Source: an uncultured delta proteobacterium (GTDB lineage Bacteria; Desulfobacterota; Syntrophia; Syntrophales; UBA2192). Taken from it: a stretch of 64,000 nucleotides of DNA. The notes beneath the pieces are model-generated. The model was not told the DNA's origin, did not search any database, and worked only from the letters and a program-made list of their open reading frames with translations. A program made the translations under genes and the position numbers. Positions 10,044 through 20,236 of the stretch are shown one piece after another (within the stretch, counting starts at the first letter, position 1; each line of letters begins with the position of its first letter). The stretch spans positions 1 through 64,000 of the forward strand of contig CAVPJD010000032.1 of the NCBI GenBank assembly GCA_963705165.1, in the 5' to 3' direction.

Positions 10044-10771
10044 GTGTCCTTGGCGCATCCATTCATTTCCTTCTCCAGAAAAGGCGCGTTCTTCATCCTG
10101 GTCCTCTCCGGTTTGCTTCTGCTGCTTCTTGCAATCTTGAGCCTGCTTGTGCCTGCCGCTCATGCAGGGCAGGTGACCGTGGCCTGGGATGCCAATCCCG
10201 AGCCCGAGGTGGCCGGGTACAAGATCTATTACGGGACCCGCTCGGGCAGTTACACGGCATCCCTCGATGCGGGCAACGCAACGAGCATCCTGATCTCGGG
10301 ACTGCAGGACGGAGCGACGTATTTCTTTTCCGCCGTGGCCTATGACGCTTCGAACAACGAGAGCGGCTTTTCCAACGAGATCACCTACGCAGTACCTGCG
10401 GGCGCTGCGGCCGCCGGCGCTCCATCATCGGGAAGCACATCGTGCTTCATCGCCACGGCCGCCTTCGGCAGCTACCGGGCGCCGGAAGTGATCCTGCTGC
10501 AGAAGTTCCGGGACCGATTCCTTCTGACCAACGCCCCGGGAAGATTTTCGTCGAGTTCTACTACCGGGTGTCGCCCCCTATTGCCGATTTCATCGGCCAC
10601 TACGATTCCCTCAAACGAGCCACGCGCCTGGCCCTGAAGCCGCTGATCTTCAGTATCCAGCATCGGCTGGCCGTATACATGGGCGTGCTCATGCTGCTGC
10701 TGGCGATGACGTTCATCCTCGTCTTCGAGCAGAGAAGGCTCGCAAGCCGGGTAAGGCGAATCGGGAGATAG
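10044..10771 (+). CDS. Fn3 + CFI-box-CTERM paralog 3 (frameshift near 10545)
   Basis: [52 protein letters not shown] followed by TM and basic tail. Confidence 0.85.
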
Positions 10772-10894
10772 GGACTAGGGTGTAGGGTATAGGGTAAAGG
10801 GTATAGGGATATAGGGTATAGGGTATAGGGTAGAGGGTAGAGGGTAGAGGGTAGAGGGTAGAGGGTGTAGCGTGTAGCGTGTAGCGTATAGGGG
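10769..10894. repeat. Heptamer tandem array (AGGGTAN)n, family C
   Basis: About 17 units starting at the stop codon; related arrays at 37507-37543/37954-37988, 40386-40494, 41821-41957, 47878-47970, 50673-50708. Confidence 0.9.
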
Positions 10895-11095
10895 GATCGA
10901 TCCAAATTTCCGGATTTCCAGTACCCAATACCCAGTTCCCAATTACTACCGCTACGCGGCTGGAGTCATAGATCCGTCAGCATGTCCCAGGTCCTGTTTC
11001 GGCAGAATCTGTCTAACTACCCTGAATCAGATGGATTATTATTCCGGGAACCGCCGGAGAAATTGCGTACGCTTTTTGCATTAAAGTAGTGTGCT

Positions 11096-11584
11096 ATGAC
11101 TTGGCCGGCAAAAAAGAAAAACACAGCCCTTGTCCTCGACGATGACCCGAACGTGCTTCAGGTCCTCGGCGGCTACATGAAGGCCTTCAATTTCGATGTC
11201 GAAACGACGGAGAACCCGCGCATGGCGGTGGAGCTTTGCCGGAAGAACCGCTTCGACATTATCCTGTCGGATCTCATGATGCCCCAGATGAACGGGCTCG
11301 ACTTCCTGCAGGAAGTCCGTCAGGTTGACCCCGACGCGGCCTTCATCATGATTACCGGTTACCCCTCCATCGATTCGGCCGTGGAGGCCATCCGGCGCGG
11401 CGCACAGGACTATATCACCAAGCCCTTCAAGATCGAGGAGATCAAGCTCAAGATCGACAAGGCCCTCCTCGAAAAGAACCTCAGGACCAGGCTCCGGCAC
11501 CTCCAGGGGATCACCTGGGCCCTCATCATCTCCATCCCCCTCTGGCTCATCCTCGGGATCGTCTTTGCACGCTCGATGAAATAA
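11096..11584 (+). CDS. Response regulator receiver protein with a C-terminal TM helix
   Basis: VLDDD, SDLMMPQMNG, ITGY, DYITKPF; hydrophobic tail. Confidence 0.85.
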   Translation: MTWPAKKKNTALVLDDDPNVLQVLGGYMKAFNFDVETTENPRMAVELCRKNRFDIILSDLMMPQMNGLDFLQEVRQVDPDAAFIMITGYPSIDSAVEAIRRGAQDYITKPFKIEEIKLKIDKALLEKNLRTRLRHLQGITWALIISIPLWLILGIVFARSMK

Positions 11585-11611
11585 GCCGCGAAGCTGGCGC
11601 TTCGCGGCTTA

Positions 11612-11710
11612 TAGCCAACAGCCGACAGCTCACAGCCGACAGCCAAAGGCGAAAAACGAAAATCAAACGTTGAATCTTTGCTGTAGGCTGTCGGCTGCAG
11701 ACTGCAGGCT
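11612..11710. repeat. Dispersed ~100-bp element, family A: (ACAGCCR)n - spacer - (CTGTAGR/CTGTCGG)n
   Basis: Copies at 18203-18300, 23689-23770, 29385-29481, 43969-44052 (reverse), 49287-49385, 52855-52960, 63716-63818. Confidence 0.9.
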
Positions 11711-11743
11711 TCGGCTTGTGCTGTAATTGCATCCTGAATCCTG

Positions 11744-13489
11744 TCACCTGACCCTGCGTCCCTTCTGCGCGAGAGGAACTCCTGCATCTCCCCCAGTCCC
11801 ATGCAGTTGATGACGTCCTGCGCTTCGAGCCAGCCTTTCCTGGCGATGTTGACGCCGTAGCGGATGTCTCCCAGGCCCTCCGCCTGGTGCGCATCCGGGT
11901 TGATGGCGATCCTTGCGCCCTGCCTCTTGGCGTACTTGCAGTGCCGCCAGTCGAGGTCCAGGCGGTGCGGGTTGGCGTTGAGCTCGATGACCTTCCCCCG
12001 GGAAGCGGCGAAATCGATGATCCTCTCCAGATCCAGCGCGTAAGGCTCGCGGGCAAGCAGCAGGCGTCCCGTGGGGTGGGCAAGGATGGTCGTGTGGCGA
12101 TTGTCGAGGGCTTTCATAATCCGGGCCGTCATGTCATCTTTGCTCATCGCGAAGTGTGAGTGGACGGCGGCGATCACGAAGTCGAAGGTCTCGAGGGTCG
12201 CATCGTCGTAATCCAGCCGCCCGTCGGGCAGGATGTCGGCCTCGATGCCCTTGAAGATGTGGAAGCGGGGGTCTTTCCGGTTCAACTCGTCGATGGCCTC
12301 GTGCTGGCGGCGGATCGCCTCCGGGGTGAGCCCGCCGGCGTAGAAGGCCGCTTCGCTGTGATCGGTGATCCCGATGTACTCGAGGCCCATCTTCTTTGCG
12401 GCCGCAACGATTGCTTCGAGCGAACTCGACCCGTCGCTTGCCGTCGTGTGGATGTGGAAGATGCCCCGGATATCTTTCATCTCCACGAGCGACGGCATCA
12501 CGCCCGTCCCGGCGGCCTCGATCTCGCCCGTGTTCTCCCGCAGCTCCGGCGGCACCCACGCGAGGCCCAGGGCCGAGAAAACATCGTGCTCGCTTGCGCA
12601 GGGGATGAGGACCTCGTCGCGAAAGAGGCCATACTCGTTCATCTTGATGCCGAGCTGCTTTGCGCGGCCCCGCATGGCCACGTTGTGCTCCTTGCTCCCC
12701 GTGAAGTGGTGCAGGGCGAAAGGGTACTCTTGCGGTGAGACGATCCGCAGATCGGCGTTGATCCCGGCCTTCAGGAAAACGCTCACCTTCGTGTCGCCCC
12801 GGGCGATGATGCTCTCCACGTCGGGAAGAGCCGCAAACCACTGCGAGAGGGCCTCCGGCTTGCCCGTAGCGGCGAGAAGATCGATGTCCTTGACGGTTTC
12901 ATTGCCGCGCCGGATGGAGCCTGCAAGGCTCGCGGAGAGCACTCCGGGGGCTCCCCTGAGCATGCCCAGCAGCGCCTCCGCGGCGATGAGGGCCTCGCTG
13001 TAAAGGTGGCGCTCCTTGTAGCGCTTCAGGTGGCCGATGCCCGTGAGGATCTTCTGCTGCGTTCTTGGCCCCGAAACCGGGCAGCTCGACGAGGCGGTTC
13101 TCCATGCAGGCGTATTCCAGCTCGCCCAGGGTCTCGATGGCGAGCTTTTCGTGGAGGGCGCGGATCTTCTTCGGCCCCAGGCCGGGGATGCGAAGCATCT
13201 CGAGATGCCCGGGCGGGATGGAGGCCTTGAGCTTTTCGTAGTAGTCAAGATGCCCGGTCGTGACGAGTTCGGTGATCTTTTTGCTGAGGGCATCGCCGAT
13301 GCCCTTGATGGATGTCAGTTCGCCCCGCCGCACCAGCTCTTCGAGGTCCTCCTCGAGGGTCTCCAGCCGCCTTGCCGCATTGGCGTAGGCGATGGACTTG
13401 AAGGGCGACTCCCCCTTGAGCTCGAGGAGCACGGCGATGTCCTCGAGGATGCGGATGATGTCTTTTTTGGAAATTAGTCGGTCATGCAT
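11744..13489 (-). CDS. polX: DNA polymerase X / PHP 3'-5' exonuclease (frameshift near 13070; true stop uncertain)
   Basis: LELKGESPFK, GLGPKK, GSIRRGNETVKDIDLL, HFTGSKEHN, HIHTTASDG, ITDHS, AHPTGRLL, NPDAH. Confidence 0.9.
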
Positions 13490-13610
13490 CAGTATTTTGT
13501 CATTGCGAGCGTGAGCGAAGCAATGCTCATGAATTATCCGACGTGAGATAGGTGCATCGCTACATTGCTCACAAATATAGGAATCCTCGCAGGTGACAAA
13601 AAAGAGATTT

Positions 13611-13867
13611 TGTAAAAGAATACTTTACAATGCCTTTGCTTATGTCATTGCAAGTGCCTGTATTTGCAATCAATTTAGCCAGATATTCTTTGTCATTAGT
13701 GCGTTGTGGCATTGTAAACATATTTTACATTGACGTTTAGAACTACTTGTCTCGATTTGTCACGTAAGCATCTTACGCATCTTTTTTTATTGTAAATCAT
13801 GCATAAATATAAACGGTTACATGCGGACTGTACTGAGAGCGTTGAAATCCATGGCACAATATATGTA
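13611..13867 (+). promoter_or_regulatory. Enhancer boxes plus sigma-54-like promoter
   Basis: TGTAAACATATTTTACA at 13713-13729, a related site at 13611, TGGCAC at 13852. Confidence 0.55.
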
Positions 13868-13945
13868 ATTAAACCAGAGTCAGGAAGATATGAGAAGTTT
13901 GTCATGCCTGTATGCAGGAAGCCGGAGAAAATGGAGGAGATGGAA

Positions 13946-14574
13946 ATGAAATAAGAAATTCACACTGTTTTTGGTAACGTTGGCAATGGTGTCTGGTGCC
14001 GGCATTTGCAGCTCCAGCGCATCCAGCAAGATCTACAACAGATTAGCCAGCTCATCGGACAGCTTGCCGGACCGTTACATCGACTAGTGTGTAGAAGTTT
14101 CGAAGAAATTGCATGACAATGCAGTCGGACGAATCATCTGGTATTGAACCACTACAACCGACGCCGGTGTGTTCCGAGCATACAGTGGCGAAACTGAAGT
14201 ACTGAGCAGTCCAGGCATGTACGCTACTTGATTGTCCATGAGTTGGCGAGCGTTCGTGCATGGGATGCAGGATGGTGTTCACTTCGTCATCCGAGGTGGA
14301 ACATGAGCACGTGACGATTCCCATTGAACACCGATATGGTGACAGCCGATTCGGCGAGATCGCAATAATCCATATGCTGAATTCTGTCGATGCTTCGACG
14401 ATAGCCAGCATACTGTTAGCTCCGTAATTCTGCTGACAGTCGAGTCCAGGAAACTATTCGAGACCTGACTGAACGTTGATCTGCATATACGCGTGTACCT
14501 GAGACCGTGCCACCGATGATGCTTTTTGGCTCTGGGTCTGCTTGGGCTCGGTATTGCAAGTGAGGAAAAAATAA
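13946..14574 (+). pseudogene. Heavily frameshifted PEP-CTERM gene
   Basis: RBS plus ATGAAA and signal-like codons; GTACCTGAG (VPE) then LGL-like codons and AGGAAAAAATAA; terminator at 14611-14641; no intact ORF. Confidence 0.65.
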
Positions 14575-14677
14575 CCAGAGTATTTAACACGATACAGACA
14601 GAAACTTTTAAACGCCTGCTGAATTCAGCAGGCGTTTTTTTGTGTATCACAGACTGAGAAACCGTACATTTTACAGT

Positions 14678-15034
14678 TCAGTCTTCCGGATTCAGCTCCA
14701 CACCCATCTCCGAGGCGAGTTTCTGCAGGGCTTCGCGGGGCATGCTGTCGCGGAGGTCTTCGATGTCGATCTGCATGACCTCGCAGAAGGCGTGGACGAA
14801 GGACTCGTACATGAGGATCAGGTTGTTGACGCCGCAGTCTTCCAGCCCCGATTTCATCCCTTCCTCGAGGGTCATCACGATGAAATCGTCTTCGGCAAGG
14901 CCGAGGGAGGACTTCCGGATCTGTTCGAGGTACTTCACGGGCTCGATGGAATCGTTGGCTAACATCCAGTTGAGCTGCAGGCAGATCAGGTAGCAGTATT
15001 CCGCCCGTTCACAGACCTCTTTTTCCGTGAGCAT
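14678..15034 (-). CDS. Small acidic hypothetical protein directly downstream of ycaO
   Basis: 118-aa ORF with RBS and host-like codon usage, 13 bp from the YcaO stop. Confidence 0.75.
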   Translation of the reverse strand: MLTEKEVCERAEYCYLICLQLNWMLANDSIEPVKYLEQIRKSSLGLAEDDFIVMTLEEGMKSGLEDCGVNNLILMYESFVHAFCEVMQIDIEDLRDSMPREALQKLASEMGVELNPED

Positions 15035-15047
15035 GCCTTGTCCCCTT

Positions 15048-16253
15048 TTACACGGTGTTGTAGAGACGATCGCCCTTGCGCGTCCGGTCGAAGCAGTAGG
15101 CATCCGTGCCCGGGATGATCACGCGCACCGTGGGGATGCCCGTCTCCGGCCTCGTCAGGTCAACGGCGATCACTTTATCCAGGCCTCGCTCCCGAAGCCT
15201 CCCGACGCAGGCATTCAGGTCCTCGGTGATGTCGTTGCTGTATCCGATTTCCATGTCGGTGAGGTTCTTGATGCTCCGGACGACGAAACGCGGGTTGTCT
15301 CTCGATTCGTCGTGGGTGAGATAAAGGGGGCTGGTGTCACGAAGCCCGTCAGCGCCGCTCTTGACGAGGAAGAGCGCCCGCGTGGTTGCCATCTCCATGA
15401 GAGCCCTTCCCATGGCTACCTTCGGGTCCGTGTGGGAGCCGAACCCCTCGATCGGCAGCGTGTCGCCGTGCCGCACATCCTTGCAGAATGCCGCCACGAC
15501 CGGTATGCCGATGTCGGAGGTGATGTCGCGGGAAACAATCTCGATCCCGGCTTCCTCGAATTTCCGGGCGATGTCGATCAGGAACTGCTGGTCGGGCTTG
15601 TTCTCGAGGACTACCGGCTCGCCGTAATTGCGGGTGTACTTGGCGATGCTCCAGGCGTCGCGCTCGACGATCTCCGTGAGGGCGTGGAAGACGGCCTCCT
15701 CGATCGTGTTGCCCGATGCGAGGCCGTTTGTGTGGGAGCCGTAGAGGAGCCCCTCGTCGCGGTGGAAGGGGTGATAGACCTCTTTTGCCGGGATGAGGAT
15801 TTCCTGATCGTTTGCGATATCGTGTCCCCAGGTCCAGTGCAGGTCCTTGTCGGGCCCGTAATCGCTGAACTGCGACAGGATGAGCGCGGCGGGGTCGAGG
15901 GTGTTGTGCTTTTTTTGCAGGGTGTTGAAGCTTCCGACGATGAGCCGGTCGGCCCACTCCTCGCGGAACTCGGAGGAGTAGCGCTCGATCGATTCAAAGG
16001 TGAGGGAGCACTGGGCCTGGATCGCCGAGACGCCTTTGCCCGTGTGGAAGGTCTTCGATTCATCGGGCCGGAGGCGCCAGCAGGTGTATACGGGGATGCC
16101 GATACGGTCGAGTCCGGTTGCGTCGCGGAAGTCTCTCATCCCGAGGAGATCCCGCATGCCCTCGACGAAGTGCAGCGTGTCCTCGGGAAACTTCGAGCGG
16201 TGTGTATCGTGGATGTAAACCTTCGGGCAACTCTTGAACTTGATTGCTGACAT
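15048..16253 (-). CDS. YcaO-family protein resembling the methanogen thioamidation-type YcaO
   Basis: THR..PEDTL, TGLDRIGIPVY, GKG, ESIERYS, TNGLASGN..EEA..HALTEIVERDA, GFGSHTDP. Confidence 0.9.
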   Translation of the reverse strand: MSAIKFKSCPKVYIHDTHRSKFPEDTLHFVEGMRDLLGMRDFRDATGLDRIGIPVYTCWRLRPDESKTFHTGKGVSAIQAQCSLTFESIERYSSEFREEWADRLIVGSFNTLQKKHNTLDPAALILSQFSDYGPDKDLHWTWGHDIANDQEILIPAKEVYHPFHRDEGLLYGSHTNGLASGNTIEEAVFHALTEIVERDAWSIAKYTRNYGEPVVLENKPDQQFLIDIARKFEEAGIEIVSRDITSDIGIPVVAAFCKDVRHGDTLPIEGFGSHTDPKVAMGRALMEMATTRALFLVKSGADGLRDTSPLYLTHDESRDNPRFVVRSIKNLTDMEIGYSNDITEDLNACVGRLRERGLDKVIAVDLTRPETGIPTVRVIIPGTDAYCFDRTRKGDRLYNTV

Positions 16254-16521
16254 GGCCCCCCCTGCCGTCGGAAACTGGTGTAATGAACGATATTTCCCAA
16301 CCAAAAGTCAATGAAAAAGAGAGATTAGAGGTAACTGAGGTAACGAGGTAGCAGAAGTGCCCCTATGATCGAATTCCCTGACGTGCACCTGCGATGCACC
16401 TCAGTATGCTCCATGGAATAAGACCGTGTTTTATCGGCAGGTCATGCTGCGGGTATCGCGCGACAAGCCTCTCCCCAGGAGGGGGGGAGAGGGCAATCAA
16501 GGAAAGGAGAGGTAGTTGGGA

Positions 16522-17193
16522 CTAAAGATTCTTTGCGGCCCAGAGCGCAGCCTGGAGCCGGTTGGGGACTTTGATTTTCTTGAAGATGTTGTAGATGTGC
16601 GTTTTCACGGTGTGGGGGCTGATGCAGATCCGGGCGGCGATCTCCTCGTTCGTGGCCCCGGAGACGACCATGCTGAGGATCTCGAGCTCGCGCTGCGTCA
16701 GGAAGATCACTTCCTTCTTGGAGGGCTCGCCGGGTGCGCGTTGCGACTGGATGCACTTGGCCATGATGTCGCGGGAAAGCCACATCTCGCCTTTGAAAAG
16801 GGTCTGGATGCCCTTCATCATCTGATCGAGGGAATCCGTGTCATAGAAGAACCCCCGGATGCCCCACGAGACGGCCCTTTCCTCGATGCCAAGACCGGGC
16901 CTGACGTTGAAGAGGGCGACCATGGACTTCGAGAGGATCCGCCTTCCCGCCACGGCCAGTGCCATGAAGTACTTCACGGGGTCGCGCTCGGGGCAGTCAA
17001 GGAGAACCAGTGAGGTGTGCTCGGGTTCCTGCGGATTGACGGAGATTGCGCCGGGATCGGAAACGATTTTGCATATAACCCCGGTACTGGCGGTCAGATA
17101 GTTGGCCATCAGATCGCACTGCAGTTTTCTGGCACTGACGATCTGGATCGTTCTCTTGCTCAGCGAGTCCGCTTTTGCTGTCTTGCTTTTCAT
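16522..17193 (-). CDS. CsgD/VpsT-like LuxR-family regulator
   Basis: Atypical REC domain, GEMWLSR motif, LTQRELEIL..SPHTVKTHIYNIFKKI..NRLQA HTH. Confidence 0.88.
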   Translation of the reverse strand: MKSKTAKADSLSKRTIQIVSARKLQCDLMANYLTASTGVICKIVSDPGAISVNPQEPEHTSLVLLDCPERDPVKYFMALAVAGRRILSKSMVALFNVRPGLGIEERAVSWGIRGFFYDTDSLDQMMKGIQTLFKGEMWLSRDIMAKCIQSQRAPGEPSKKEVIFLTQRELEILSMVVSGATNEEIAARICISPHTVKTHIYNIFKKIKVPNRLQAALWAAKNL

Positions 17194-17568
17194 GGCGCCC
17201 GATGCTGATTAGGACCTGATTAAAAAAAACTAATACTCTGGTAGTAGGACTAGCATTTTCCGTTCCACTTGATAGAACATAAGCCATAATTATATATTAA
17301 TGTATGATTACTTATACTTGAACTCTATCCGGAACGGTTTTCAGACGGCGGGGAGGCTGGACAGTTATTTGACGGACAGGGGGAGAAGGAAGTGGTTTGT
17401 GGCTCGTGGCTAGTGACCAGTGAAGAGGAAAGTGCCTGAGTGACAGGAAGTGCCGGAGTGCCTGAGTGAAGAGAAAAAGGGATTCGGGATTCCGGCTTCG
17501 GGATAAAAGGGGGATTTTCTTTCACTGGTCACTAGCCACTGATCACTAGTCACAGGAGCGAAGCGACC

Positions 17569-17910
17569 TCACCCAACGCCCCATGCCTTGGCCGGGATCG
17601 GGGCGATGACGTAATCTTCGCTGAAACAGATGGCCATCCCGCCAATCTGGCAGCGCATGACGGTCCCGATTATTCGGATACGCGCGTTTCGCGGGTTTTT
17701 GAGCTTACGCTGGCTATCGTATGAGAGACGCAGTTCGAGCCGCACTTTCGTGCCTTCCGACAGGATGGCGTCCGTGCGAAAATAGGCGCCGCCGGCGGAT
17801 ACGTTTACCGTTTTGAGGGAGATTTTTCTCTTTGCCGCGGTTCTCGCCAGGGTCTCGACTGCCGCCGGGACCACGAGATCGTAACGCTCGTATTTCCTTC
17901 TCTCAACCAT
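17569..17910 (-). CDS. PilZ domain protein
   Basis: ERRKYER (RxxxR) and NVSAGG (NxSxxG). Confidence 0.85.
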   Translation of the reverse strand: MVERRKYERYDLVVPAAVETLARTAAKRKISLKTVNVSAGGAYFRTDAILSEGTKVRLELRLSYDSQRKLKNPRNARIRIIGTVMRCQIGGMAICFSEDYVIAPIPAKAWGVG

Positions 17911-18344
17911 AAGGGTTCTCTCTCGATATCGTGTATGGAGGCAGTCTATCGCGTAGGGGACGAAAAACAAGCCGGAAAAAAGTATGAATTTGTCTAAGAA
18001 AATATCATGAGAAAAACAGGGAAAAGTAATCGTTTAAGGATTAGATGAAAAAAAAGCAAAACGAGAAAGGATTTCAATATACGAGTACTTGTGCTATTCT
18101 CTCGGCGCCGCAAGTTATTGACAGCAGTGACTAATGTGACCAGCGTGACAAATGTTACCAAATCATACGATCAGGGTGCGGAGAGTACATGCTGCTTTGC
18201 AGCAGCCGACAGCCAGCAGCCCACAGCCGACAGCCAAAAGCAAAAACGAATAAGTCTATACTGATTCTTCACTGTAGGCTGTTGGCTGTAGACTGTAGGC
18301 TTTTTGCAAGTGTAGGGACAAGCGCGATAGGACCATAGACAAGA

Positions 18345-19865
18345 ATGGAGAATCGGATGAAAGTTGACGTAAAAAAGGGCAGTCCGGCTGCGTTTCGCGG
18401 TGAGGCGATTGTGGTCTGTCATTTCGAAGATTCCCGGAAACTCGAAGGGGCGGCGCTTCAGCTGGAACGCAGCTCGGGCGGGCTTCTGGGCGAGGTGATC
18501 AAAAGCGGGGACTTCACCGGAAAGCTTGCCCAGGTGTCCGTGATCTACACGCGGGGCGCTCTGCCGGCGCGGCGAGTGCTGCTGCTGGGCCTTGGAAAGA
18601 AAAAGGAATTCGACCCGGAGAAGCTGCGAAGGGCCTTCTCGAAGGCCGCCCGGGCCATCCGCGAGCTGGGCATTCCCGGGTTTGCCGCCTCCCTGGATTC
18701 GGTGGACGGGCCGCGCAGCCTGGAAGACCTGACGGAAGCGGCCGTGGAGGGCGTGCTTCTCGGGCTCTATCGGTTCACGCACTTCAAGACGCCTGATAAA
18801 AAAGAGGAGCGAAACGTCAAGGCCTTCACACTTCTTGCGGCAGGCGACGGCGAGGTCCGACGGATGAAGGCCGCGGCACAAAGGGCCGAGATCGTTTCAA
18901 AGGCCGTCTGCTACGCCAGGGATCTCGTATCGACGCCCTCCAACGAGATGACGCCCACCGATATGGCCCGCAGGGCGAAGGACGCCGCGGCATCTTCGAA
19001 GGTACGTCTGACCGTCCTCGACAACGGCAAGATGGAAAAACTGGGGATGAATGCGCTTCTCTCCGTGGCCCGGGGCAGCATGGAGCCGGCCCGGTTCATC
19101 ATTCTCGAATACGAGGGGGGCAGCCGAAGTGAAAGGCCTTACGTGATCGTCGGGAAAGGCATCACCTTCGACAGCGGCGGGATCTCCCTGAAACCCCCCG
19201 ACAAGATGGAGGAGATGAAGGCCGACATGTCAGGCGGGGCTGCCGTGCTCGCCGTGATCAAGGCCGCCGCGGAGTTGAGGATTCCTCTGAACCTCGTGGG
19301 GCTCGTCCCCGCCACCGAGAATCTTCCGGGCGGGCGGGCCTACAAGCCCGGCGATGTACTGCGCTCCATGTCCGGACAGACGATCGAGGTGATCAGCACC
19401 GACGCCGAGGGGCGGCTCATCCTGGCTGACGCCCTGACCTATGCGGCACGATTCAAGCCGAAGGCCATCATCGACATGGCCACCCTGACGGGGGCCTGCA
19501 TCATTGCGCTCGGCGATGATGTCATCGGCATGATGGGAACCGATGACGGTCTGAAAAACGATCTGCGCCGCGCCGCCACGGAAACCGGCGAGAAGCTCTG
19601 GGAGCTTCCCATCTGGGACGACTACGCCGAACTGATCAAGAGCGATGTGGCCGACATGAAAAACACGGGCGGTCGGGCCGGCGGGGCCATCACGGCGGCC
19701 GTCTTCCTGGGCAAGTTCGTGGGGAAGATTCCCTGGGTGCACCTGGACATCGCGGGGCCGGCCTGGCTGAGCAAGGAAAGGCACTACATCCCCCGGGGCG
19801 CCTCGGCGGTGGGCGTGCGCCTCCTGGTGCGGTTTCTGCGGGACAGGGCCTCCGTGAAGAAGTGA
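18345..19865 (+). CDS. pepA: Leucyl aminopeptidase
   Basis: VGKGITFDSGG, MKADMSGGA, TDAEGRLILAD, ATLTGA. Confidence 0.95.
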   Translation: MENRMKVDVKKGSPAAFRGEAIVVCHFEDSRKLEGAALQLERSSGGLLGEVIKSGDFTGKLAQVSVIYTRGALPARRVLLLGLGKKKEFDPEKLRRAFSKAARAIRELGIPGFAASLDSVDGPRSLEDLTEAAVEGVLLGLYRFTHFKTPDKKEERNVKAFTLLAAGDGEVRRMKAAAQRAEIVSKAVCYARDLVSTPSNEMTPTDMARRAKDAAASSKVRLTVLDNGKMEKLGMNALLSVARGSMEPARFIILEYEGGSRSERPYVIVGKGITFDSGGISLKPPDKMEEMKADMSGGAAVLAVIKAAAELRIPLNLVGLVPATENLPGGRAYKPGDVLRSMSGQTIEVISTDAEGRLILADALTYAARFKPKAIIDMATLTGACIIALGDDVIGMMGTDDGLKNDLRRAATETGEKLWELPIWDDYAELIKSDVADMKNTGGRAGGAITAAVFLGKFVGKIPWVHLDIAGPAWLSKERHYIPRGASAVGVRLLVRFLRDRASVKK

Positions 19866-20236
19866 CTAGTGGCAGTGACCAGTGACCAGTGGACAAGCAG
19901 AGAAGAAGTGTTACGTGTCATGTGTTATGTGAAGAAAAGAAGTGTCTGAGTGCCTGAGTGTCTAAGTGTCTGAGTGAAGAGATCATAAAAGAAAGCAGTC
20001 ATTGCGAGCCGAGCCTCTTGCAACCCGCTTCCATTTAGTCTCCCTATCCCTTGAGGGGAGAGGGCCGGGGTGAGGGTGGATTTCGCGAGGCGTGGCAATC
20101 AACGTTTCAGATTCGGGAGTCCGGCCGCAGAATTAGAAAATAGGGAAATCGTAGATCGCCACGCCCTCGCCAGACTCGGGCTCGCAATGACTATTTTGCT
20201 TTAATCTTATACCCTGAACCCTGGACCCGAATTTAT

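Noticed and set aside
10769..10894. Tandem arrays as CRISPR or telomere-like repeats
   Set aside because: 7-nt units without unique spacers, no cas genes, internal intergenic positions
11410..11744. Long PolX C-terminal extension overlapping the response regulator (similarly the RNase III tail)
   Set aside because: It translates repeat DNA and the antisense strand; probably a lost stop from an indel
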